A stretch of 64,000 bases of DNA from Macrostomum lignano (GCA_002269645.1 NIVC01001293.1:124001-188000), one strand, 5' to 3'. Counted from the stretch's first letter, positions 1 to 10,496 are shown. Notes: generated by a model not told the origin, from the letters alone. Numbers and translations: made by a program.

Positions 1-412
1 CGCGGAGCAATAGGGCGGCCAGGTGCTGCACCTGGTCGGGCCTCGGTCCTGGCGCGGCTGCTCCCACTGGCGACGGCTGGCTGGAGCCACTGGTCCAGTT
101 TGAAGGCGGGAGAGGCGGAGTCACCTGCCGGTCTGGCTCCAGGATGCGGACAGGTTCCGGCTCCGGCGCGAGCTGTTGTGCGCCCACTAGGGTCAGGAGG
201 CCGTCCACCCAGACATCAGGGCTGTTGGTGGGCACGGCAGGCTCGGGGAGCTCGAAGGTCTCCAAAGCTGCCTGATCAATTTGTGCGGCCCCGCCGTGGG
301 TCGGTACTTGGCCGCGCTCGTCCAGCTGCTCGAAGGCCAGGCGGATTTCGCGGCTGATCGGTGATTCGACCTCCGGGGAACCGTTGGAGTAATTTGACCA
401 ATTGTTAGCCAT
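1..412 (-). CDS. Extra ORF downstream of pol, 3'-partial, Pro-rich (MANNWSNYSNGSPEVESPISREIRLAFEQLDERGQVP...)
   Basis: Manual translation: ATG at 412 and 137 codons without a stop to the window edge. GC-rich like gag/pol. Absent from the ORF track because its stop lies outside the window. Confidence 0.55.
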   Translation of the reverse strand, partial: MANNWSNYSNGSPEVESPISREIRLAFEQLDERGQVPTHGGAAQIDQAALETFELPEPAVPTNSPDVWVDGLLTLVGAQQLAPEPEPVRILEPDRQVTPPLPPSNWTSGSSQPSPVGAAAPGPRPDQVQHLAALLLR

Positions 413-1334
413 ATTCGAAGCGGCGGAGCGTGATGCGACAGTCCGAAATATTCAGTTGGCAGGTCGGATCAACAGAATTGGAGAAAATAAAATTGAAGAT
501 GGCTCCTTAAATAGGGCGCAAAATATTCCAACTGGTGGAATTCCAAACCAACCAGAGGAAATAAAATTCAACCACTGGAATTGAGCCATCACCCCCGTGC
601 ACTCTAAGGTGGCACACAGAGTTGGGGTGGGCGCATGAATCAAGGAGTCATAAAATAGATAACCGCGCGGCAGGGGTCCAAAATCAGAATGAATGAATGG
701 GGGCGCCTCACACAGCTCACAAAACAGGTTGGCGGTTAGAGAGAGGGGGGGGCTGAACAATCGCATAAACAGTAGTTTAGAAAAATAGTAAGAACATAAA
801 TAGTTCCTAAAAATTAGAATAGTAGATAGATACAGGCATAGTGACCGAGTTAGAATTTGGATCTCCATGAGGAGTTACACAAAACGGCAAAAGGCACTGG
901 GAAGGGGCTGGACAGGCGCCCTTACAAATTTTCCCAGGCTCGGCTCGGTCAGAACAAAGAAAATGGGGGCCGTTCACCTCAGATGCCCTCCGCTGAGGAC
1001 AAGGCCTAGAGCCAGGGTGGCTAGACCTGAGCGGGGCAAACGACTGGGACACCAGAGCAACATTGGCTTGCAAAAAATTAAAAGATACCTTCAGCCACAA
1101 GCAAGGACTGCAAGGTTACAACTGAAATAAAACTTCGCAAAGTTAATGACACGCAATTGAGCAAATTGATGAATCGCATGCGGATAATTAATTGTCGCGT
1201 AGGTGCTGGCTTTTTCCATCAAGCCTAAGGCTAAATATCAGAACGCAGGAGTGCGGGTCGCGTTGAATAAATATGGGCACCAATTGAGCATGAGCACAAT
1301 GTACAAAGGCTTTTGACCAGAAAGCGTAAGGAAA

Positions 1335-1700
1335 GTACATTGAGAAACACTGCTTTTGCCATCAAGCATAAGGAAAAGTACAGAAAATTATTTGCTTTTA
1401 TCCCTCAAGCATAAGGAAATTGGAAAATTAGTTGCTTTTGCCCTCAAGCATAAGGAAAGTACAGAAAATTAATTGCTTTTGCCCTCAAGCATAAGGAAAG
1501 TACAGAAAATTAATTGCTTTTGCCCTCAAGCATAAGGAAAGTACAGAAAATGAGTTGCTTTTACCCTCAAGCATAAGGAAAGTACAGAAAATGAGTTGCT
1601 TTTACCCTCAAGCATAAGGAAAGTACATTGAGAAACACTGCTTTTGCCATCAAGCATAAGGAAACGGACAGAAAAATTAGTTGCTTTTATCCCGAAAGCA
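1335..1700. repeat. ~41-bp tandem repeat in the region 3' of pol
   Basis: About 7-8 copies of ctcaagcataaggaaagtacagaaaattaattgcttttgcc variants. Confidence 0.9.
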
Positions 1701-1874
1701 TAAGGAGAACAAAATTTGAAGGAAAATTGAAAGTTGCTTTCAGCACAGAAAAGTTGCAGAGAAAGCTTACAGCGAAATTTAATTCAGAACGCGTTCACAA
1801 ACTTAACTACTTGTAGTAATGCGCAACGGTAATTTAGCTATTAGGCGCAATAATAATTCGCTGGTAATTACCTT

Positions 1875-4800
1875 TTAGAGCTCCATCTCCATGCCGATGT
1901 CAGGCAAGTCCGGGTCGCCTTCGGCGAGCACCTCCGGGTGGCGCAAGCTGGGCTCGAACAGCTGACTGCCTCGCAGGTCAGGCTGAACTGTGGCCGGCTG
2001 CTCTGGCGCGGGCTGATCGGCTGGGTCGACTTCGCTGTCTTCGCTCGACTCATAGGGCAGCATTGGCCGCTCTGTCTGGCGCGGCGGCTCCTGTGGTCGA
2101 TCTGCCATCATCTGCGGCACCTTGATGATGTTGTTACGATGAACTAGCATTTCAGCTGGGCGTCCTCGGCGGGCTGTCGCTGGCTTGATCCAATACGCCA
2201 CTTCTCCGACTTTCCTGACGACCTTGTACATACTCTTGTACGGCCGGAGGAACTTGGGCAGCTCTCCCAGTTCGAGCTTCGGGTTGGCCAGGCAGACCAA
2301 GTCTCCGGGCTGCAGCTCCACGGGCTTTGGCCGGTTCTCGTAGTACTCCTCTCGGCGCTGGATCTCGGTTCTCAGTCGCTGTCGCACAATTCGTTCTGTC
2401 TCGGCCAGTCTGCGCTGATGTTTGGCAATGTACTCCGGGAGGTCAGCTGATACATCCAGTCGGTCTAGGGTGTTATCGATCGGATACCGGTAGGGCACTC
2501 CGTAGATGACATAATGCGGCGAGAACCCGGTTGTACGATTGACTGCTGATCTTAAAGCTGTTAAAGCAGCTGGCAACATCTTGTCCCATTGCTGATGGTC
2601 TTCTAGGAGACAGGTGAGCACCTTCTTGATGTTCTTATTGCACGACTCAGCTTGTCCATTGGCCCATGGCGAATACGGCGGCGTCGTGGTCTGCCGGATG
2701 CCGTAAACTTCGCAGAAGTGCCGGAACTCGTGTCCTGTGAACTGTTTCCCTTGATCGGAGTGAATCCATGCCGGGATTCCGGTGATCGGAAACACTTGTT
2801 CCTGCAGGAGCGTTATAATGGTCTTGGCCCGCTGATTCTTCATGGCGAAGGCGAAGGGGTATTTCGATGTAGTGTCGACGTAGGTCAAGATGTACTTGTT
2901 TCCTCGGTCCGTCGGGTCTCCAGTGGGGCCCAGGATGTCGATCGCACATCGCCCATAGATTTCACAGACCGGAAACGATTGTACATGCGCCGGAATTCGT
3001 CGCCGTCCTTTGCTCTGAGTGCAGGTCTGGCAGGAAGCGACATAGTCGGACACTGCCTTGGCCAGGGCAGGTCGCCAGAACCTTTCGCGCACCTTCGCGA
3101 TGGTGAGGTCTCGGCCCATGTGTCCGCAGTAGGGTGAACCGTGGAGGTCGGCGAACATCGTGGCGTCGAGGCTCTTCGGCAGGACGATCCGCGCCGTTTC
3201 CTCCTCGCCAATATCGTCAAAATGAATTACCAGTAGTCCATCGTCTCGGACTTCGAGCTGCTCGTAGAGCGCTAGTAAGTTTCGTTCGTCTCGCGTCATA
3301 TTCAAACGCTGATTCAGCGGCGGCTTCGGCTGTCGGCTTTCCAAAAGGTTGATCATCATGGCGATGGCAGAGTCAGCACGCTGGTGAGTCTGGAGCTCCT
3401 CACGTGTGACTGGCCTCGGGATGTGATCAGTTAGATTCAATGATGAACGTCGATTAGTCAAATTAGTCGGCGCGGCTTCGGCTGTGGCGGCATGGTTCGG
3501 GGTCTGGAGCTCCCTCCGCACGATCGCTACTCTGGCCGGTTGCCGGGTCGTTGATGTGCCCGAAGGTCGATCCTCGTCGGTAGCTTCGGCGTCACTATTG
3601 TCGGATTCAGATCGGTCAGCAGTTGATGATGAGTCAGCAGAGCTGTCCGCGTCGCTGCTGAATCTCACTCTTTTCTCGAACTTCGGGCAGCAAGCGGGTT
3701 GGCAGCTGTCCTCTCTGGCTGCGCTGTGGTCGCTGTCCATGCCGTCTCCAGCTAGTAGTCGGCGGCTCCTTGACGGGCAACATGTCGTGCTACTAAAACT
3801 GGTAGGCGACCTCTGCGAGTCATCGTAACGGCTGGCAGATGGCCTCGGCTTCGTCGCCGGCGGGTGCAGCTCTGTCAGCGGCTTGCTGTCGGCTGTAGGT
3901 GTTGCTGGCGGCGTAGCCTCGCCGTTGGACTCCTTCGGCTTAGTCGGCGGTTTCCGTCGCTTACGGCGGGTCGACGGCTTCTTGCTCGGTGGAGGACTAG
4001 GGTGGCTGCTGTCGTGGACCTTCGGCGCCGCTGCGCCAGTTATCGCGGCTGGCTGCTTACTTTGGTCCTCATCAGCTGCCTCGCGCTGAGCCTCCTCCAA
4101 GCATTCGGCGTCGTCCTCCGGCCGTCTCGAGAGACCGTCGGCGTTTTGATGCTGACTCGATTTGCGATGCTGGATCTCGAACTCAAATTCGCTTAGCCGC
4201 TGTAGCCATCGTCCAAAGATGCCTACTTGTTGAGTTCGCCGGAGAATCCAGGTCAACGCTGCATGGTCGGTTCGACAAATGAACTTCTTGGCCAGCAGGT
4301 AGAAGCGGAAATGTCGCATGCCATCTACGACTGCCAAGAGTTCTTGCTTAGTAATTGGATATCGGGCTTCAGCCGGTTTAAGTCGTCGGGAGAAATAGCC
4401 GATTGGGCGCTCGATCCCGTCAGCTTGGCGTTGGCTCAGGCAGGCTCCGATTCTGGTCGCAGAAGCATCCGTGTCCAGGATAAACATTACTTCCGGATCC
4501 TCGCTGAACTGCGGATACGCGAGCACTGATGTCGAAGTCATGGCTGCTTTGAGCTGGTCGAACGCGTCTTGCTGGGCTTTTCCCCATAGACAATTGAAAT
4601 TGCGGATTTTCTTCTCTTTGATTATATCGTGGAGCGGAGCTGCAAGTTCTGCATAGCCAGGTACAAATTTTGCATAGTAAGCGCACGTGCAGACGAAACT
4701 TTTAAGTTGTCGAGCTGTTCTTGGTCTTGGCCAGGTCTGAATAGCCTCGATCTTCGCCGGATCGGTCTTGATGCCGTCCTTAGTAACTACATGTCCCAGA

Positions 4801-6515
4801 TAGTTTAGGCTTGCCCGAAATAAATGGCACTTCCTGCCTTTGAACTTTAAGTTGGCCTCTTGAATTCGCTTAAATACTTCCTCCATATGCTGTAGATGGT
4901 CATTAAATTTCTTAGAATAGACGATTACGTCATCCAGATAGGCTATTGCACTTTTATAGGCGATTCCGTTGAGCACAGCGTTCATGAGGCGCATGAAGCT
5001 GGCTGGCGCCGAACTTAATCCCATAGGCATCACATTGTAGGCGAATTGTCCGCGGTGCAGCGTGGCGAAGGCCGTCAGATCTTGATCCTCTGGACGCAGT
5101 GGAATCTGGTAGTAGCCGCTGTTCAAGTCGAACGTGCTGAATAGCTGGCTTCCTTCGAGGCTAGCGAACGCTTCCTGGATGTTCGGTATCGGGTACGGAA
5201 AGTACTCGCACTTTTGGTTCAGACTCCTGAAGTCTTGTACAATTCTCAGGCTGCCGTCCTTCTTCGGGATGATCACCAGCGGGGTGTTGTAGCTGGAGAA
5301 GCTCGGTCTAATCACGCCTTTGGCAAGCAGATCGTCAAGTAGCTGGTCCACCTTGGGCAGCAGATGCGGCGGAATCCTTCGGGTCGGCAGATGTACAGGA
5401 TTCTTGTCCTTCAACACGATGTTGTGGGTGACCAGGTGAGTTCGGCCGAGATCGTGTGGCCCCTGCGAGAAGATGGTCTTGTATTTCTTCAATAGCTCGA
5501 TGACTTGAGCGCGCTGGTCATTGGACAAGTCCTCGCCGATGTCAATCTCTTTGATCCAAGCGTCTGGATCTTCGTCTTGAACTTGATTAACTGAAGCTTC
5601 TGGCTTCGGCAGCGGAAAGAATTGTAACTCGGGCAGTCTGATTGGTCTAGCAATCCCAACTAGGGCATTCACTCGCACTTTGATGGAAGTAGTGCCTCGA
5701 TTGATCATCTCAATGGCGCCTTCTCCATTGGCCATAGATATTAGGGCAGGCGCGGCGTCCAGTTGCTGCACATCTTCTTCCCGCCGAGCCGGTTTTAGCG
5801 GCTCGATCACAGCGGGTGTGCCCTGGTTTTCTTCTCGTCCTTTGGCTAGTTTAATCTTAATTCGGGCTGATGATAACGGCGGCACGGTTGTGCTCTCAGC
5901 CGTGTAGATTCTGCACGTAGTAGCTTCGGTTCGCGTATAGCGCAGTGGTGCGGCAGTGCTATCCTTGAAAAACAGCATCCCGGCGGCGAGATCCAGTGAT
6001 GTACTATACTTCTCCAGGAACTCGAAGCCCAGGATGTTGTCATGGGATCCCTTCGCTAGCAGGAACTTGACTGTAGGCTCGAAACTTCCAATTTTAACTT
6101 TGATTGATAGTTGGCCTGCCATTTGAATAGGCTCTCCATTGTAGGTCACAATGCGTTGCAGGCAGGGCTCGATTTGGCCACGCAGGGTCGGGTCATCGGT
6201 ACATAGTCGGTGCCAGGTGCTGAATCCTAGGACTTCGCACTTGGAGCCGGTGTCAAGCAGAAAAGCAAAATAACGACCCTGAATCTCACCAGTTAGAAAC
6301 GGATCCCTTCGGGGTCGCTTGGGTGCAGAGTTATGTACAGGTGCAGCGGAGGCGGTCTCAGCAGTGGCCTGCTGAGCGACTAAAGTCCTCGGCGGGGACC
6401 TTAGTACTGGCTCGGCTGCTGGATGGCGCTGCCCCCGTTGGCGCGTCCAGCCGTCCCGTTTCCCGAGCTGCCGTTGCGCTGGGGCGCGGTGCTGGCCGAC
6501 TGCCGGTGCGGGCAC
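1875..6515 (-). CDS. pol: Gypsy Pol polyprotein (aspartic protease, reverse transcriptase, RNase H, integrase)
   Basis: Uninterrupted 1546-codon ORF. Motifs: FLLDTGS protease, YLDD RT, FILDTDAS RNase H, H-x6-H...C-x2-C zinc finger, IDILGP/SDQG/ESCNK integrase core, GPY/F-like RPYKSMYKV. Confidence 0.97.
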   Translation of the reverse strand: MPAPAVGQHRAPAQRQLGKRDGWTRQRGQRHPAAEPVLRSPPRTLVAQQATAETASAAPVHNSAPKRPRRDPFLTGEIQGRYFAFLLDTGSKCEVLGFSTWHRLCTDDPTLRGQIEPCLQRIVTYNGEPIQMAGQLSIKVKIGSFEPTVKFLLAKGSHDNILGFEFLEKYSTSLDLAAGMLFFKDSTAAPLRYTRTEATTCRIYTAESTTVPPLSSARIKIKLAKGREENQGTPAVIEPLKPARREEDVQQLDAAPALISMANGEGAIEMINRGTTSIKVRVNALVGIARPIRLPELQFFPLPKPEASVNQVQDEDPDAWIKEIDIGEDLSNDQRAQVIELLKKYKTIFSQGPHDLGRTHLVTHNIVLKDKNPVHLPTRRIPPHLLPKVDQLLDDLLAKGVIRPSFSSYNTPLVIIPKKDGSLRIVQDFRSLNQKCEYFPYPIPNIQEAFASLEGSQLFSTFDLNSGYYQIPLRPEDQDLTAFATLHRGQFAYNVMPMGLSSAPASFMRLMNAVLNGIAYKSAIAYLDDVIVYSKKFNDHLQHMEEVFKRIQEANLKFKGRKCHLFRASLNYLGHVVTKDGIKTDPAKIEAIQTWPRPRTARQLKSFVCTCAYYAKFVPGYAELAAPLHDIIKEKKIRNFNCLWGKAQQDAFDQLKAAMTSTSVLAYPQFSEDPEVMFILDTDASATRIGACLSQRQADGIERPIGYFSRRLKPAEARYPITKQELLAVVDGMRHFRFYLLAKKFICRTDHAALTWILRRTQQVGIFGRWLQRLSEFEFEIQHRKSSQHQNADGLSRRPEDDAECLEEAQREAADEDQSKQPAAITGAAAPKVHDSSHPSPPPSKKPSTRRKRRKPPTKPKESNGEATPPATPTADSKPLTELHPPATKPRPSASRYDDSQRSPTSFSSTTCCPSRSRRLLAGDGMDSDHSAAREDSCQPACCPKFEKRVRFSSDADSSADSSSTADRSESDNSDAEATDEDRPSGTSTTRQPARVAIVRRELQTPNHAATAEAAPTNLTNRRSSLNLTDHIPRPVTREELQTHQRADSAIAMMINLLESRQPKPPLNQRLNMTRDERNLLALYEQLEVRDDGLLVIHFDDIGEEETARIVLPKSLDATMFADLHGSPYCGHMGRDLTIAKVRERFWRPALAKAVSDYVASCQTCTQSKGRRRIPAHVQSFPVCEIYGRCAIDILGPTGDPTDRGNKYILTYVDTTSKYPFAFAMKNQRAKTIITLLQEQVFPITGIPAWIHSDQGKQFTGHEFRHFCEVYGIRQTTTPPYSPWANGQAESCNKNIKKVLTCLLEDHQQWDKMLPAALTALRSAVNRTTGFSPHYVIYGVPYRYPIDNTLDRLDVSADLPEYIAKHQRRLAETERIVRQRLRTEIQRREEYYENRPKPVELQPGDLVCLANPKLELGELPKFLRPYKSMYKVVRKVGEVAYWIKPATARRGRPAEMLVHRNNIIKVPQMMADRPQEPPRQTERPMLPYESSEDSEVDPADQPAPEQPATVQPDLRGSQLFEPSLRHPEVLAEGDPDLPDIGMEMEL
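6391..6464 (-). promoter_or_regulatory. -1 ribosomal frameshift signal: slippery G GGA AAC plus downstream stem/pseudoknot
   Basis: Heptamer at 6458-6464 is in the gag frame (TCG GGA AAC) and pol is in the -1 frame. A 6-nt spacer precedes a GCTGGA...TCCAGC stem; loop CGGGGGC can pair with downstream GUCCCCG. Confidence 0.75.
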
Positions 6516-7804
6516 TCATCGGCGCGGTGCTCGCGATTGCACCTGTAACACATAGCGCTCTGTCGCCGCAGCTGATAGGGCGGCGGGCGTGAACCCGACT
6601 GTTGCTGCCGCTGCGGCTGCTGCTGCTGCTGCTGTCGACGTTGACCTCCTGCTGGCGGCGTCCTTGGCGGCGGGTTGCTGCCATCTCGTGGTTGCTGAAG
6701 TCGATGGAACTGCTCGTGCTGCACAATCCGTGTGCCGGGTGTTTTGAATTGGGCGCTCTCATCGGCGCTGCGGCGAGGAGTCGAGGGCACCAAACATCTG
6801 TTGCGTTGGCCCCAAGAGTCCTGCGGCTGGTGGCGAGCAGATTCCCAATGCTCCTGGGTGTCGTTATTGCGCGATCCCAGCGAGTGGAACTCTCGCAGCT
6901 CATTGCTCAAAGCTTCTAGTAGACGTCGCTGCTCTTGCAGTGTCTCAGTTTGCTGTTCCATCACTTCACGCAACCAATTCTCCTCGGGCCGAGATGACTT
7001 GTTGTGTTGCACTCCAGTTGGTGACTGACCATCGTCATCCTCGAGGACCCGGACATGTCTCGCTGCTGGCGGCGGTGCTACCCTCTGAGCCAGGCTAGCT
7101 GCTGTCTCCAGGCGTAGCACAGCCCTTCTCGCTGCGGTCAGATTCTGCGGTCGCACCAGGATTAGCTGTTCTCTGGCTGACTGGGCAATTCACACTCCCA
7201 CGGTGAACTGGTCCACAAGTTCGGCCTGCTTCTGAACCGGGGTGAAGTGCGGGAACGCTCTATCGGCCAGAGCAATTAATCGATCGCCGTAGTCATCCAC
7301 ACTCTCATTCTTGCCTTGCTGGCAGCACCGGAATTGCTCACGGTACTCCAGCGTGTCGGCCACGTGGGTGAAGCGCTCGGACAGTCTTTGCTTGAATTCG
7401 CCAAACGTCAGATTGTCCGGCAGTTCCATCCTGACGACTGCGGGATAGGTTGTGGCGATGTCCAAATTCACTAGGACCTCCGCCTTCTTACGTCTGTCGT
7501 CCACGATCCCGTTGAGTTCGCAACGCTCTTCGAGAGCTTGGATCCAAACGTCAAAGTCCTGGTTCGGGGTGTACCGCTGAATCTTGACCGGTTTCGGCGC
7601 CGGAGCTCGGTCAGGCTGTTGGGGCGGCTGATACACGTGGTGATGGTGCTGCGGCTGTCCCAAGTTGGCCTGCTCCAGTCGCCGTCTCACCTCTTCGGTC
7701 ACTGCTCGAATCATCTCGTCGTAGGTCGGCCTAGTAGTTGAGTTGTCAGGGCCCGCGGTGTCGGCTGTCGAATCCGCGGCCGTTGAGTTAGTTGTCGAAG
7801 CCAT
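6401..7804 (-). CDS. gag: Gypsy Gag (capsid-like region plus CCHC zinc knuckle) with an in-frame TGA at 7190-7192
   Basis: ORFs 7190-7969 and 6401-7156 share one frame across a single TGA. Knuckle CYRCNREHRADEC. Likely ATG at 7804 (MASTTN). Confidence 0.85.
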
Positions 7805-8154
7805 GACGTAAATTTTGAACGACTCGTTGAAAGGATTTCGGCGTTTCGTTATCCCACTTAGCTGGCACCAATGAGGTGGGGGTGGAGAAGAAAATAAAAA
7901 GAAAAATTTGAAATTGGGAGAATAAAATTTGGGTTTGTCGTCGGCACGTAAAGCCGGAAAATTGTGCAATTGATGTGTTGATTCTTCTCCTTGGTTACTC
8001 CGTCTGCCGGGTCCTCAATTCCGGGGGGAGGGTAGTCGTAATCGTAGTCGAGCGGTCTAGTAGCGGCCCGAGTCGTTCAGAATGGGTCCTCAGACACCGT
8101 AAACTCGTAATTCGTCGAGGATTGCTAGTTGTGTTACTCTCAGTAGTAAAGTAG

Positions 8155-8165
8155 CGCTGCCACCA
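8155..8165 (-). promoter_or_regulatory. Primer binding site, tRNA-Leu type
   Basis: Minus-strand TGGTGGCAGCG is complementary to the 3' end ...CGCUGCCACCA of eukaryotic tRNA-Leu and lies upstream of gag. Confidence 0.7.
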
Positions 8166-8166
8166 C

Positions 8167-8810
8167 CGTAAATGTCGTTTTACGGAACGTTTAGGGTCTC
8201 AGAGCTTTCTTTGAGATGAGACTGATTGGTTATTTTACGCCCCGCGGGCAAATGACTCAATAGAAACTAAAGGCTTCGATTCTGAACAACTGAATGAATA
8301 TTAAATGTGGCGAACTTTTATTATTATAACGTTAATTGTTGTTACCGATTGTTATTACTGCTACGCGAGATGAAACGATCAGAAACAGAAAAGGAGAACT
8401 AGAATTAAAACTAAAACTAACTAAACTAACACACACAAAACTAAAACTAACGAACAAAAGAACTAAAGGAAAAAAGGTCTCCAGAGAAAACTCATATAAA
8501 TAACATTTTGGCGGGAAGGATCCCAGGGGTGGGACGGAGGATGGGACAAGGGAAGGGACAACGAAGGGAAAAAGGAAAACCCGGCCGCTGGAAACATTAA
8601 AACAACAGGGGCCAAGGGAGGGAACAGAAAAGGGAACAGACGAGGGAGCAAGGGCGGGAACAACCGGGGGAACAAACCAGGGAACAAAAATTGAAAAAAA
8701 TGACGTCAATCCGTCCGTGGAACTGGGTGGAATGTCCCGCCGGTGTTCGCGCTAGAGGCCTGCCGTCGTTCTCCCCAGTGGTAGACCGGCCTACCATATT
8801 CTCATAGTTC
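8167..8810 (-). repeat. Probable 5' LTR (boundaries approximate)
   Basis: Directly adjacent to the PBS, non-coding and strand-asymmetric. No partner LTR is available to confirm it. Confidence 0.5.
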
Positions 8811-9182
8811 AAACTGAACATTTTTCAATAAAACAAATGATATTTTTCAATTTTATAGTTCTGTTAGGTATTTTAGTTAAAAGGTATATGATTATTTAAT
8901 GCCTTAATTACAGTTTGTTTAATACTAACATCAAAGCTTGAATCAAAGCGTGGTTGCTGTTGCTATTGCCCCCAACCCCAAGGACCGTGAAGGACGACTT
9001 GTACAGATCCCCCTGGGAGCAGCGGGTGGAGCAGCACAAGTGCACGGTTCATTGTGATGCCAGCTCCAGGGACAGGGAGCATGGGAAGCGCTGTCAGGGC
9101 ACTTATAGATCGTTGTATGCCGTTTTATTTTGTCTGTAACTAATTGTACGATTTAAATTATTTCGTATCGTGTATTAGTAGC

Positions 9183-9683
9183 CCTGGATGGAATTCTTGC
9201 AGAAAAATCACAACGCGTTATGCGATTGCGCGAAAAAAATGCGATTTTGTGTCAAAAAATCCGGAAAAAATGCGTTGCAGAATTTCAGACAAAATTGCTA
9301 ATTCTCAATATATGCAAAAGTGCGCTTGAGATATTGTATTTTGCAAAAGATAATCCTACTAGCTAAGATCACGAAGAAAAAAAGAATAAAAAAAAACAAC
9401 TAAATAAGGCACAAAAGTAAAAATTCGAAAAAATTCTATAAAAAGTAGAAACTCGTAACATTCTCTAACATACATATTTGGACGAAAATTCAAATCACTA
9501 CATTTTTTTAGAATGCATTTTTCGTTATACTTCTTTTTCGTTAAAACGGTAAAAACTTGTTTTTACCATTTTGCGACGTGCTAAGTACCAAAATAATAAA
9601 TGCGACCAATAAAAAGTATTTTGCGCGCCATAAAAAATCGCATAATTCCGTTTGACTTAAGAAATACAAGAATTCCATCCTGG
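9183..9683. mobile_element. Non-autonomous DNA transposon (hAT-like MITE, 501 bp)
   Basis: 17-bp TIR cc(t/a)ggatggaattcttg (16/17 match) and exact 8-bp TSD ttagtagc at 9175-9182 and 9684-9691. Confidence 0.88.
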
Positions 9684-10320
9684 TTAGTAGCTAGGTAGTT
9701 CAGAGTGATACTGATAGTGATACTAAGGGTAAGCTAACTAGCCCCTAATCTAAAGAGAAAATGAATGCCATTACAACATTGCCATTGCCACTACACTGCG
9801 AAATACTGCTACTAGGGTGTAGGGCCTACTATAAATATCAGACCTAATAATTGATATTTAATTTTAATTTAACCATATTAGTTGTAAATTATATTAAATT
9901 GTATCAACTAGGAAGTTGGAACTAGCCTACCTGTCAATGCTGTCATGACTATAGTCAGATAATAGGCCTAGTGGAACTAGAAATTTTGGCAAACATGTGT
10001 ATTTTTCCCCTCCTTTTTAGGTCCCCATTGGCTGATTGGCTGCTTGGAATTGAAAAAAACTAAACAACTACCAATCTTTTTTTCTCCCTCCTAGGTATGT
10101 CCTTTTTATTTGATGAGATGATATATTAAGATTTAGGCCTAGTTATCTTATCTAGGGCATAGGGCCTAGGCTAGGCCCTAGGCCCCTAGGGCTTAATCTA
10201 GGCCTTGGCCTAGTTAATTAAGAGTTTAATAAGCCTAATAAGACTAGGCCTAATTAGGCCTATATATATTTTTATCAATAATTACCTAGGCCTAGCAATA
10301 GTCAAAACAACTACTATCCT

Positions 10321-10496
10321 CATACATATGCAACCTTGGGAATCACTCAGCTATTTCTATTGGCAACATACACATGTAAGTCACTATTGGCTAAGAGTAG
10401 TCATGTGACTATTTTATCTAATAGGCAATAGTGACTTACATGTGTATGTTGCCAATAAAAACAGCCAGGTTAATCCTTAGGTTATGCTTAAGCATG
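10321..10496. mobile_element. Foldback MITE (176 bp) with a perfect 32-bp internal inverted repeat
   Basis: Arms at 10358-10389 and 10426-10457 are exact reverse complements. Degenerate CAT...ATG termini. 8-bp TSD actatcct at 10313-10320 and 10497-10504. Confidence 0.8.

Larger units (their letters stand above)
1..8810 (-). mobile_element. Ty3/Gypsy LTR retrotransposon; 3' end probably beyond the left edge, right boundary approximate
   Basis: gag plus pol in protease-RT-RNaseH-integrase order, and a PBS at 8155-8165. No second LTR copy is visible in the window. Confidence 0.93.

Noticed and set aside
452-868. 138-aa minus-strand ORF in frame with the extra ORF
   Set aside because: No recognisable motifs, composition looks like non-coding UTR, and it is separated from the extra ORF by a stop.
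6323-7028. Overlapping alternative-frame ORFs within gag/pol
   Set aside because: Shadows of GC-rich coding sequence.
8950-9110. GC-rich island that might be an upstream exon of neugrin-like 1
   Set aside because: No convincing ATG plus donor combination or recognisable peptide; left unassigned.
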